From positions 466-64,465 of IMG/VR virus record IMGVR_UViG_2675903370_000001: a DNA stretch of 64,000 bases, one strand, 5' to 3'. Of the stretch, positions 18,481-27,052 are shown one piece after another. Source of the DNA: a virus (taxonomy: Duplodnaviria; Caudoviricetes). Under the pieces are notes generated by a model, which searched no databases, had not been told where the DNA came from, and worked only from the letters and a program-made list of their open reading frames with translations. The position numbers and the translations under genes are program-made. Numbering within the stretch: the first letter of the stretch is position 1; each line of letters starts with the position of its first letter.

Positions 18481-18656
18481 GCAGGGGGCCGATTTAACGG
18501 TGTGTACTCATCCGCATCGGGGTGTGATCTGCCTGTCCGGGCGCTCAGGGTTTCGGCGCGACTTGAAAGTGCATTCCGATCCGATTTCAGATCACACTCC
18601 GATGCATCCTGGCGCTATGACAGGGATCGGGCAGTTTTCGTCAGGCTGACGCTGGT
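18481..18656 (-). ncRNA. Candidate structured RNA scaffold, copy A (58-nt insert)
   Basis: 46/50 and 66/68 identity to flanks of copy B; inverted repeat 18514-18530/18589-18605; strand inferred from operon direction. Confidence 0.55.
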
Positions 18657-18794
18657 CGATTAGACAAACGCGGTCAGGATTCTCGATTCGCCGTCGTTGG
18701 GGGCATCACCTTTCAATGACGTGCTTAAAGTTTCCGACTTTGGGTCGATAGCCTGTTGAAGATGTCAACCATCATTGGAAAACAGGAAACTTAC

Positions 18795-20414
18795 ATGCGC
18801 CTTAGAAATCTCAACGTAGCTCCACGAGCTGCCCTGTTTTTCGCTTTAATAATCGCTTTGGTGTTTGTGCTAGGCGCATTCGCAGTGCTGCAAATGGGCA
18901 AGCTGAGGGACTCTGAGAAAGACGTAGAGCTCAATTGGATGGCCAGCATTCGCCAGACGGCGTTGATGAACAACGCAGCCCTTCGCCTCAGGCTGGAAAC
19001 ACAGCGCGGCCTAGCTGACCCACAATCGATTCAGAAAAACATCGAAAGCTTTGCTGGATATCGCAAAGCATTCAGTGACGCAGTGACAGGTTATGAGGCC
19101 CTCATAGCGAGCGATGAGGAACGTTCGTTTTACACACCGGTTAAAAACAGTGCTGATGCTTATTCCAAGCAACTGGATATTATCGAGCCGTTGATGAGGC
19201 AGGGGGATATTGCAGCGGCAGTCAACCAAGTGGCTACAGCCATTCGCCCTTTGACGAATACCCTGGAGCAGCAGATCAAGGACCTGACCTTCTATAACGA
19301 TAAAGGCGCAGCAAATGCTGGACAAACCGCAACCGATCTCTATGACAATGGTTTTTTGTTGGTAATTGGCCTTATCACGGGCGTGGTCATCTTGACGGTT
19401 GGATTGGCATTACTGCTGACGAAAAGTATTACTTCTCCAATTAACGATGCGCTGTCTGTGGCAGAGCGTATTGCGGCGAGTGACCTATCCAAGGAGGTAC
19501 TGGTTAGCGGGACTGATGAGGCAGGGCGACTATTGAAAGCGCTCGCGCAGATGCAGGCCAACCTCCGTTCCACAATTATGGAGATATCCGACTCGTCCAC
19601 CCAGCTGGCCTCTGCGTCAGAAGAAATGACGGCGGTCACTGAAGAGTCCAGCCGTGGTCTTGTTGCCCAAAATGACGAGGTCAATCAAGCTGCCACAGCG
19701 GTCACGGAAATGAGCGCTGCAGTTGATGAGGTAGCTCGTAACGCGGAGTCTGCTTCCGAAGAATCAAAGCGTACCCAAGGCTATACTGAGGTAGGTCTGG
19801 CGCGAGTGGCTCAAACACTGAAGTCAATTCAGAAGCTGAACGGTAACGTTGAAAACACAAGCGAGCAGATTCAGGGTTTGTCAGATCGTGCGCAAAGCAT
19901 TACCAAGGTTGTCGAGGTGATTCGGGCGATTGCAGAACAAACCAACCTGTTGGCCCTGAACGCCGCTATCGAGGCAGCACGAGCTGGCGAGCAAGGTCGT
20001 GGGTTTGCAGTTGTTGCTGACGAAGTAAGGGCTTTGGCTCATCGCACCCAAGTGTCGACGCAGGAAATCGAGCAGATGATCGCTGCCATTCAGAGCGACT
20101 CTGACCTGGCCGTAAAAGCGATGAATACGAGCAGGGACCTAGCCACCGAATCGCTGGGCGTCGCTCAAGAGGCCAGCACCTCGCTGGATCAAATATCGAC
20201 GGCTATTATCCAAATTAATGAACGCAACCTCATGATCGCTACAGCATCTGAAGAGCAGTCACATGTTGCCCGTGAGGTAGACCGCAATCTCGTCAGTATT
20301 CGCGAGCTGGCAACTCAGAGTGCTGCGGGTGCCAGCCAGACAGCAAGTGCATGCGGTGAAATGTCAAAACTCGCGGTCAACTTGAATCACCTAGTCAGCC
20401 GATTCGTTGTGTGA
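18795..20414 (+). CDS. Methyl-accepting chemotaxis protein (four-helix-bundle sensor, HAMP, signalling domain)
   Basis: Two TM helices, HAMP DEAGRLLKAL, IAEQTNLLALNAAIEAARAGEQGRGFAVVADEVR. Confidence 0.96.
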   Translation: MRLRNLNVAPRAALFFALIIALVFVLGAFAVLQMGKLRDSEKDVELNWMASIRQTALMNNAALRLRLETQRGLADPQSIQKNIESFAGYRKAFSDAVTGYEALIASDEERSFYTPVKNSADAYSKQLDIIEPLMRQGDIAAAVNQVATAIRPLTNTLEQQIKDLTFYNDKGAANAGQTATDLYDNGFLLVIGLITGVVILTVGLALLLTKSITSPINDALSVAERIAASDLSKEVLVSGTDEAGRLLKALAQMQANLRSTIMEISDSSTQLASASEEMTAVTEESSRGLVAQNDEVNQAATAVTEMSAAVDEVARNAESASEESKRTQGYTEVGLARVAQTLKSIQKLNGNVENTSEQIQGLSDRAQSITKVVEVIRAIAEQTNLLALNAAIEAARAGEQGRGFAVVADEVRALAHRTQVSTQEIEQMIAAIQSDSDLAVKAMNTSRDLATESLGVAQEASTSLDQISTAIIQINERNLMIATASEEQSHVAREVDRNLVSIRELATQSAAGASQTASACGEMSKLAVNLNHLVSRFVV

Positions 20415-20428
20415 AAAAAGGCTTTATC

Positions 20429-20572
20429 TTACCCTGCTGCTTTCCGCCTGATCCTGCCTGCAAGGTCATCTGGAGAGCATCCGGGCCGCACTCTGAGTCG
20501 CAATTCCTCTTCTCTGGCCTTCTGCCGCTTGAGTGCCATCCTCTCGTCCCGCTGTTCCTGGGTCAGGGCCAT
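20429..20572 (-). pseudogene. Truncated homolog of 8129-8395
   Basis: MALTQEQRDERMALKRQKAREEELRLRVRPG, then similarity stops at ~20480 next to the MCP gene. Confidence 0.7.
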
Positions 20573-20653
20573 TTATCAGCTCCGTGTAGCCGCTGGGCGG
20601 CAAGTAGATGTGTTGCTGGAGTCTGCCGTGACGGACGCGGCGCTGCACGCGCT

Positions 20654-21112
20654 TCATGCTGACTTGACCTGATGCCAGACCCCGGCCGCATAGAACACCT
20701 TCGCGGCCTGCGCCTCGTCGAGCGAAACCTCGGCGGGGATCGCAATCCAGCCAGAGGCCGCCAGATGGTTCTGGTTACAGTTGCCGCGTAGCTCCAGGTA
20801 GTAATGCTCGATGGCATCAGTGAGTCGGTCGACCTTGTGCAGGCCCTCGGGCGATATCTCAACGGACTTCACGTACTCAGCACCGCGCTCGTCTCGACAC
20901 ATGGCGCTGATGTAGATCGTCCATCGGTATGAGAAGTCGAAGAGGGCGTTCGCAATGGCCAGGGTGCGGATCTGCTTGTGGCTCTTCCAGTTCACCATGA
21001 CCTGCAAACCGCTTGGGTCTATATTAACCACGGCGACATGATTGGTGCTGAGCAGGGCGCGACAACTGCGTGCAGCGCGGACAAAGCAGTTGTTTTGCTT
21101 GCGGCGCTTCAT
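20654..21112 (-). CDS. Phage early hypothetical protein
   Basis: 152-aa ORF with ATGA overlaps on both sides. Confidence 0.75.
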   Translation of the reverse strand: MKRRKQNNCFVRAARSCRALLSTNHVAVVNIDPSGLQVMVNWKSHKQIRTLAIANALFDFSYRWTIYISAMCRDERGAEYVKSVEISPEGLHKVDRLTDAIEHYYLELRGNCNQNHLAASGWIAIPAEVSLDEAQAAKVFYAAGVWHQVKSA

Positions 21113-21348
21113 AGCTCCGCCGTCATTTTGCGCAGCGTGTTCCTTTCGCGGCGACTCATGGCAGGGGGCTTGCGGTTCAGCACCGTTGCCGGGTCGATCC
21201 AGTCCCTGCGCTTTGGCGGCGGCTCTGGCTTGAACACGCCCACCTGCTGAATCTTGCCGTCTTTCCGCTCGAACTCGGCGATGGCCGCAGCCAGGCGCGC
21301 GGATTCGACGCTGTTGCGCTGGATGGCGCTCAGTTCGGTAGCCATCAT
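21109..21348 (-). CDS. Phage early hypothetical protein
   Basis: ATGA-coupled to exonuclease. Confidence 0.7.
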   Translation of the reverse strand: MMATELSAIQRNSVESARLAAAIAEFERKDGKIQQVGVFKPEPPPKRRDWIDPATVLNRKPPAMSRRERNTLRKMTAEL

Positions 21349-23006
21349 GCTGCCACCTGCGTGATGGTTACTCCGTCCATTTGGAAATCAGCGCCTTGAA
21401 TGTGGACTAGGTCGTCCAGCGCGCCCCAGTTCACTGTAAGGACCGATATCGGTGCTCGACCTTCGTAGACGGCTTTCACCAGCGCATGAAGGTCGGTGAC
21501 GTTCGCTTCAAGCTTCGTCGGCTTGGGCGGCACTTTGGGTGAAGGTGCAACAGCTGACATCCTTGGTGATGCCTGTCCGACTGGTTTGGCTGTCTCAGCA
21601 GCTTGCGGCGCAGGCGCGCTGGCTTTCGCTTTTTCAGCTTCAGCGAATCGCTCTGCTTCGGTCGCGGCCGCAAGCTTCGCTGTTTCTTCAGCACGAATAC
21701 GTTCACGCTGCGCCAGCTCTTTCGCTTCCTCGGCCTGCTTGTGCTCGTTGATCCGTACCTTGATGAGGGCCACCAGGTCATCATTGTTCTTGAGCACGAT
21801 CTGCTGAGCATCGTTGAAAAGAAACGCATGATCCACGGCGAGCGAGCGCAAGCTTTCCAAGTTGGCGCGGATACCGTCGCCGATCTGGCTGGCCTCGATT
21901 TTGGCCCGGGCCAGTTCAGAGTCGGCGGCGTCACGCAGACTGGCGATATTTTTTTTGCCTTTGATCGCGCCGGCGAAGTCCGCGGGGATCTCCGGCAGCC
22001 GCACCTTGCCGCCGAACGAGGTGTTGATCTTGTCCAGATGATCACGCAGCGCTGCTTTCGCTTTCAGCACGATCTCTTCGCGAATGGCCACCTTGCGAGC
22101 TTTCACCAGCTTGTCCAGCTCAAGGCGCTTGCGTCGGGCCTGCTCCGATATTTCGTCGATGGTGCGGAAGAGGGCATCGATGGTTTCTGTCTGGCTCAGC
22201 GCGTGCTGCTTGGCTGCTTCCAGGCGCTCCTCGACTTCGCCGCACCACTTCACTGTTTTCTCTGCGTCAGCGAAATGCTGGTCGGTCTGTAGGTCAGTGT
22301 TGATCGCCGAAAACACGGCCAGCGAATGGGCCTTGAACTGCTCCAGGTTGCTTGCCGTGACCATGCCGGTGACTTCGATGCGAAGGGCTGGCAGCGAGTC
22401 GGGGGACTTCCCGACTGCCTCCGCAACGGCCTCGGTGGGCTCGTAAGCTTCAAGGTCGATTCCGAACTGTTTCCAGCCGGCAACCAGCTTCGCCGCCCGG
22501 CCTTTCACCGGGAAGTACTCCATCGAGACGAAGTTGTCTTCGGTCCCGTCCGAGCAAACGAAAATCACTTTCTCGGCACCGGACACCAGCAGTTGCTGCT
22601 CCAGCTGCCAGTAGTAATGCGCATCCAGATCACCCGCACGCACGTCGGCGGCGAGCTGCTCGTTCCACATTTTGTGCTCGAAAACGATCTCCCCCATCAT
22701 TGTGCAGCCGTCGAGGGAGGCCAGCAGGTCGCCCTCTGTGCCCACAACCGGAAACAGGTCTTCGCCGATTCGACCTTCAAGAATCGGCCGGGCCAGCGCT
22801 TCGGCTTCGTGACCCTTGTCGAACAAGTACTTCTGGACCCACCATGAGATGTCCCGGTCGAGCCCGGTCTTCTTGGCATGAAGCAGCTCGGTGCGCTTCA
22901 TCTGCTTGGATGCGCCCATCATCACCGGTGCTTCAGACGCGGTGCGATAGTTGGCGCGAAGTGCATGCCATTCGGCACTGCCCTGGGTGACTTTATGCGT
23001 CTTCAT
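21345..23006 (-). CDS. YqaJ/lambda-exonuclease family recombination nuclease with coiled-coil tail
   Basis: QGSAEWHALR, TASE, GH..E..AR, ASLDG, EHK, YYWQLEQQL. Confidence 0.9.
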   Translation of the reverse strand: MKTHKVTQGSAEWHALRANYRTASEAPVMMGASKQMKRTELLHAKKTGLDRDISWWVQKYLFDKGHEAEALARPILEGRIGEDLFPVVGTEGDLLASLDGCTMMGEIVFEHKMWNEQLAADVRAGDLDAHYYWQLEQQLLVSGAEKVIFVCSDGTEDNFVSMEYFPVKGRAAKLVAGWKQFGIDLEAYEPTEAVAEAVGKSPDSLPALRIEVTGMVTASNLEQFKAHSLAVFSAINTDLQTDQHFADAEKTVKWCGEVEERLEAAKQHALSQTETIDALFRTIDEISEQARRKRLELDKLVKARKVAIREEIVLKAKAALRDHLDKINTSFGGKVRLPEIPADFAGAIKGKKNIASLRDAADSELARAKIEASQIGDGIRANLESLRSLAVDHAFLFNDAQQIVLKNNDDLVALIKVRINEHKQAEEAKELAQRERIRAEETAKLAAATEAERFAEAEKAKASAPAPQAAETAKPVGQASPRMSAVAPSPKVPPKPTKLEANVTDLHALVKAVYEGRAPISVLTVNWGALDDLVHIQGADFQMDGVTITQVAA

Positions 23007-23890
23007 GCGGTTTCTCCGGTGATAGGAGCCATCTGGTTGATTCGGTCGATCTGATCGGCACTGAGGGTGTATTTCGATTCCAGGAAGGCGATCAGGCTTT
23101 CGGTGTCGGTCTTTCCGGTGTCGATTCCCTCCTGCCATTTGGGAAACATCGTTTCGAACTTGTCTTTTTCGTAGGCGGGAAGCTCGGACCCTTGCTGCTC
23201 CGGCTGCGGGGAAACATCTCGGAACCGCGGGGCGCTTTCCTCCAGCTCATCTGGGCTGTAAACGCCCAGAATTACGTCCGGGCAGTAGAGGCGGGACCAG
23301 CGTTTGGTCGCCAGGTACGCGAGCTGCTGGCGAGGGTCGTCAGCCCAGAGCGTGCTGTTGCGTGTACGCGCCTGAGCGAGCAACAGCTCAAGCACCCTTG
23401 GCTCGTCTTCACCGCGAAACGTTGCCCAGACCTTGACGCCCAGGCCTTCCTCGTCGGCAAGCTTCCAGCCTGGCTGCCGGTACTCACCCTTGTCGCCGTT
23501 TTTGATCACAAACTTGCCGATGACCTTTTCCCAGTTGCCGTACCACTCGTAGTGCAAGCGATCCACGACAGGTGCGCAGGTCGTGATCACGGCATTGACC
23601 AGCTGCGCCTCGTAACCCAGCACGCCATTCACCAGATGGGTTTTCTGTGCGACGGCGAAAGGGTTCATCCTCCACTGCATGGCCTGCATGACGACGGCCA
23701 GGCAATCGGCGGAATTGCCATTGAAGTGCTTCGGCAGAGTTGCTCGCCCGGTGGCCATTACTTCAGCCAGGCGCATCATCTTGTCCAGGCTGTCGCCGTC
23801 GAGGACCAAGGCGCTGGTCGAGGTGGCCGCATGCGGAAGCACATGCAAATTTTGATCGTGCGATACGGACGCAACGTTTCTTGCGGACAT
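23003..23890 (-). CDS. recT: RecT-family ssDNA annealing protein
   Basis: ADCLAVVMQAMQWRMNPFAVAQKT, LW..DP.QQLAY...KRWSRLYCPDVILGVY. Confidence 0.88.
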   Translation of the reverse strand: MSARNVASVSHDQNLHVLPHAATSTSALVLDGDSLDKMMRLAEVMATGRATLPKHFNGNSADCLAVVMQAMQWRMNPFAVAQKTHLVNGVLGYEAQLVNAVITTCAPVVDRLHYEWYGNWEKVIGKFVIKNGDKGEYRQPGWKLADEEGLGVKVWATFRGEDEPRVLELLLAQARTRNSTLWADDPRQQLAYLATKRWSRLYCPDVILGVYSPDELEESAPRFRDVSPQPEQQGSELPAYEKDKFETMFPKWQEGIDTGKTDTESLIAFLESKYTLSADQIDRINQMAPITGETA

Positions 23891-24219
23891 AGGAAATCCT
23901 CGCGCTCCATTCGGGCGCTGCGATTGGATAAGAATGGGCTTACTGAGTGATGTGCGATGCGTAAGCGCTGGCGAGCATCCAAGCGGTTACAAGAGCCAGC
24001 ACGATGAATGAGCCCCGCCAGGTGTAGATGCGCAGTTGACGCTGCTTGCGTGTCATGACCGGGCACCCACCGGCCGACGCTTGAGCCAGTCAGCTTTGAT
24101 CGGGTAGGGCAGGTCAGCAACTCGCATGCCGACGGGGTAGGTGATCGTTCCTCGGACTTGAGCGCGGGCTTTCACCTCGTCAAGTTGCTCATCAATCAGG
24201 GATTTAACGATTGGCTGGC

Positions 24220-24411
24220 TCATGCCGCCTCCTTGCGCTGTTGGCAGTGCCTCAGCAGGCGACTGCAGTAGTGGGAAAACTCTTCAAGGGTGATGAGCTC
24301 GTCGGTCATCATCTTGGTGATCATGCGCTGGACCAGAACAACCTCGCCGCGTGTGCTGGCGGGGTGCTTGAGGGTTTCGAGCGCCTCGTCGATCAGGATG
24401 TGCGGGCTCAC
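24220..24411 (-). CDS. Small phage early protein
   Basis: Overlaps upstream stop, 63 aa. Confidence 0.6.
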   Translation of the reverse strand: MSPHILIDEALETLKHPASTRGEVVLVQRMITKMMTDELITLEEFSHYCSRLLRHCQQRKEAA

Positions 24412-24815
24412 AGTTCTCCATCCTCGCGCTGGGCGATCACTCCGTCTGCCGCCAAAGGCCGCAAAAGTCCCTCTGCGATTTCGAACAGAGCGTCTTTGGG
24501 GTTGGGGCAGTTCAACACGGCGTCTGCGGCCTCTCTGGCACAGGCGGGTGAACCAAACTTTGCCATGTACACCAGTCGCCCCAGCGCCGACTGGCTCGCA
24601 CCGGATGCGCCGAGCTTCTCCATGGCGAACTCATCGACCGCAATCAGGAAGCGCTCGAATGTCACGACTTGAGGATCCTGTAGGCCGCGTTTGAACTTGA
24701 TGTCGCCGCCGTGGACCAGAGAGTGCGCACTGTTGGCAACCCAAAGTCGTTCGGCGGGTGTGAGTGCTCTCACTGGATTGTCCGCAAGAGGCAACACCTT
24801 TGCTGCTGCGTTCAT
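24408..24815 (-). CDS. Phage early hypothetical protein
   Basis: GGAGG RBS before ATG 24815. Confidence 0.7.
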   Translation of the reverse strand: MNAAAKVLPLADNPVRALTPAERLWVANSAHSLVHGGDIKFKRGLQDPQVVTFERFLIAVDEFAMEKLGASGASQSALGRLVYMAKFGSPACAREAADAVLNCPNPKDALFEIAEGLLRPLAADGVIAQREDGEL

Positions 24816-25136
24816 GTTCGCCTCCGAGGCGCATCGCGTTGGTGAACCCCTTCGACTGAACACTCAAGAACGGATAGAGGCCACACAGGCACCGGAGAGG
24901 GTTCAGTCGGAGAGGTTCGCGGGGTGGGAGGGGGCAGATGGCCGGGCGCGAATCCGGCGAGAGCGGAGCCTTTACGCACGACCGCTCTGAGGAGCAACCA
25001 GCCAAAGCTGGCGCCTATTAACCGCGTTTCTCCAGGGCCGCCGAAGCGTTCAACCCAGCTTTCAACGCCGCATCTGCTTTGCTGGTTACGTCTCCAGCGC
25101 GGACTTGCACCGCCGTGTTGATTCCCAAGGGTTGAC

Positions 25137-25351
25137 GCAGGGGGCCGCTTTCGCGGTATGTACTCATCCGCATCGGGGTGTGATCTACGCGAGGTCGTCA
25201 CCTCTGGCTTTGCCTGCCGCCGCGCTATGTCGACGGTGCTCAGTGGCTCGCCTGATTACGAGTCAGGTGCCTTGCTCCGCTGCAGATCACACTCCGATGC
25301 AGCCTGGCGCTATGACAGGGTTCGGGCAGTTTTCGTCAGGCTGACGCTGGT
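25137..25351 (-). ncRNA. Candidate structured RNA scaffold, copy B (97-nt insert)
   Basis: Inverted repeat 25170-25186/25284-25300; internal hairpins; CCGC-GAAA-GCGG tetraloop on minus strand. Confidence 0.55.
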
Positions 25352-25360
25352 GCTGGTTGT

Positions 25361-26140
25361 TCAGTCGTCGAAACCGTAAGAGAAATCGCTTTCCTCGCAA
25401 TCGATCAACAGGACAGCATTGCCAAAATAAAGCGAAGCGAGAATCCGCTCCCATTTCGAACGCAGGTTCATCGTTACCGAAATTTTCTTATCGTCGAGCT
25501 GTGCGCTGTATACCTTCCCGAATTCGACTTTCGGCCTCCAGCGGTCGCCAGTTTCTCGCTCACCCTCAACCATCACTTGCAGGTTGTGCTTCAGGCCGTA
25601 ATCGCTGCGTCGTTCATTGCTCAAGCTGTACCGGTTACCACCCTCGGGCTGTGGGTCGAAGTAAATTTGGTAGAACTTGCGAGAATGGCTGTCATCCGCA
25701 GTGATGCGAATCTCAGGCGCGCTCCACCGCTCTTCAGCGGCCTCTTCCTTGTGCTCATCAATGAACGCTTCGAGCAAATCCTTCAGCGAAATCTCACCAG
25801 TGAGCAGGCCTTCACCGGTCAATACCTCGGTGATGGATGCGTCGGCCTGTTTCATGATCGCTGATTCCATGCCGGCAGCCTCCCAGCGCTCACGCAATGC
25901 GTTGGCGATCAACGCGTTGTAGCGCTGAAGCTCGAACATGTCGGTGACATTTGCCGGAAAGGCTTCTTTTACCGCGGCTTTGATTGACTCACCGATGGTG
26001 CCGTAGGACCTGAAAGCATCCTCGACGACACTTTTAAACATCTTGTCGATGCCTTCATCGATCAGCTCGCGAGGGCGATCTGATAGGGCGTAGGTGCTGA
26101 CGCGCTCGGCCAGCAGTTGCTGAAGGGTTTGCTCGGTCAT
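25361..26140 (-). CDS. First substantial ORF of leftward (pL) operon, acidic hypothetical protein
   Basis: GGAG RBS before ATG 26140; 259 aa. Confidence 0.75.
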   Translation of the reverse strand: MTEQTLQQLLAERVSTYALSDRPRELIDEGIDKMFKSVVEDAFRSYGTIGESIKAAVKEAFPANVTDMFELQRYNALIANALRERWEAAGMESAIMKQADASITEVLTGEGLLTGEISLKDLLEAFIDEHKEEAAEERWSAPEIRITADDSHSRKFYQIYFDPQPEGGNRYSLSNERRSDYGLKHNLQVMVEGERETGDRWRPKVEFGKVYSAQLDDKKISVTMNLRSKWERILASLYFGNAVLLIDCEESDFSYGFDD

Positions 26141-26446
26141 TTGATGCTCCATGCTGGATATGGTGATTTCCCGTCTGGCCCTGTCGCCAAGGCCAGCCAG
26201 TGAAATCTGGTGTTGCACCGCGACCCGCTACTGGCGTCGGTCGCGGCTTGCTGCGTCAGCGGTAGTTGTCTCTCCCTTCTGCCGCTGGGATTCGCGGGGC
26301 GCATTGCTTGCCGGGTCATTCACTCGGTTCTGGCGTTTCACCATCGTCAGCCGTACAGGGTTCTCCCTGTCGTGGGCAGCCCTTCGGGGCTGTCTGATCG
26401 CCGGTCGCCGGTAGAGGCAATGCGTTCTGTTGTTTGTTGCGCAGGC

Positions 26447-26458
26447 TGTTAAAGAGCG
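26447..26458 (-). promoter_or_regulatory. boxA antitermination element
   Basis: CGCTCTTTAACA about 45 nt downstream of predicted pL start. Confidence 0.8.
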
Positions 26459-26509
26459 GCTCGATCCGCTGGGCCTGTTGAGGGGCTGTTTCGCGTCTCG
26501 ATGGATGCA

Positions 26510-26551
26510 AATATAGGAGAGCCCATATTTCAAGTCAATGGGTATTCCCAT
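26510..26551 (-). promoter_or_regulatory. pL promoter with two OL operators
   Basis: TTGACT-17 bp-TATATT (26538-26510); operators ATAGGAGAGCCCAT 26513-26526 and ATGGGTATTCCCAT 26538-26551 match OR sites. Confidence 0.85.
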
Positions 26552-26732
26552 ATTATTTTTGGTAGACGTAATAAAACAGCTCAGTGGCGGGTCAGGTCGG
26601 ATCAGAAAAGGCGGCTGCACGAGCGCCAGGAGGTCATTTAGGGTGGAGCGGGCATAACGCCAGCACTACCCGATATCTCGACTACACTCGTCGCAACGTA
26701 GGCCTCAGGAATTCTCCTGGCTTGCAACCAGG

Positions 26733-27005
26733 ATGGATCGAATGAATTCCCAAATGGATCTGAGGCCTTGCATAGAGGCTGCGTTTTTGCCAATGAAGTG
26801 CGTGTGCGTGATAGCACCTGACGCGTCAATGACGATCCAGGTGTTCGACACGAGCAGCGAGGCGGAGGAGTTCACCGTCACAGGCATCGATACTGCGGCG
26901 CTGGTGACGATCCGGGACATCGTCGGGCTCGTACTCCAGGTGAAAGGGGAGATGAGGCTGAGGCGGCTTGCGTCTGATCGGCAGCAGAGGGCGTGCAAGG
27001 GCTAG
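26733..27005 (+). CDS. DUF1652-family protein, copy 2
   Basis: IEAAFLPMKCVCVI...EEFTVTGID. Confidence 0.8.
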   Translation: MDRMNSQMDLRPCIEAAFLPMKCVCVIAPDASMTIQVFDTSSEAEEFTVTGIDTAALVTIRDIVGLVLQVKGEMRLRRLASDRQQRACKG

Positions 27006-27012
27006 AACGGAA

Positions 27013-27040
27013 AAGCCCGGCGCTAGGGCCGGGCTTGGGT
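27013..27040. terminator. Hairpin terminator between convergent genes
   Basis: AAAAGCCCGGC-GCTAGG-GCCGGGCTT. Confidence 0.7.
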
Positions 27041-27052
27041 TGGCGGTAATTA

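Noticed and set aside
18550-18570. CRISPR repeat or RNA anti-CRISPR mimic (GTCGCGCC like a type I-C repeat start)
   Set aside because: Only 8 nt similar, absent from copy B; no array or cas genes in the window.
18660-20480. IS or transposon carrying the MCP gene
   Set aside because: No transposase, terminal inverted repeats or target duplication seen.
25330-25351. Hammerhead ribozyme (CUGACGA...GAAA on minus strand of scaffold)
   Set aside because: CUGACGA runs directly into AAA with no stem II, and I could not build stems I/III around a cleavage triplet.
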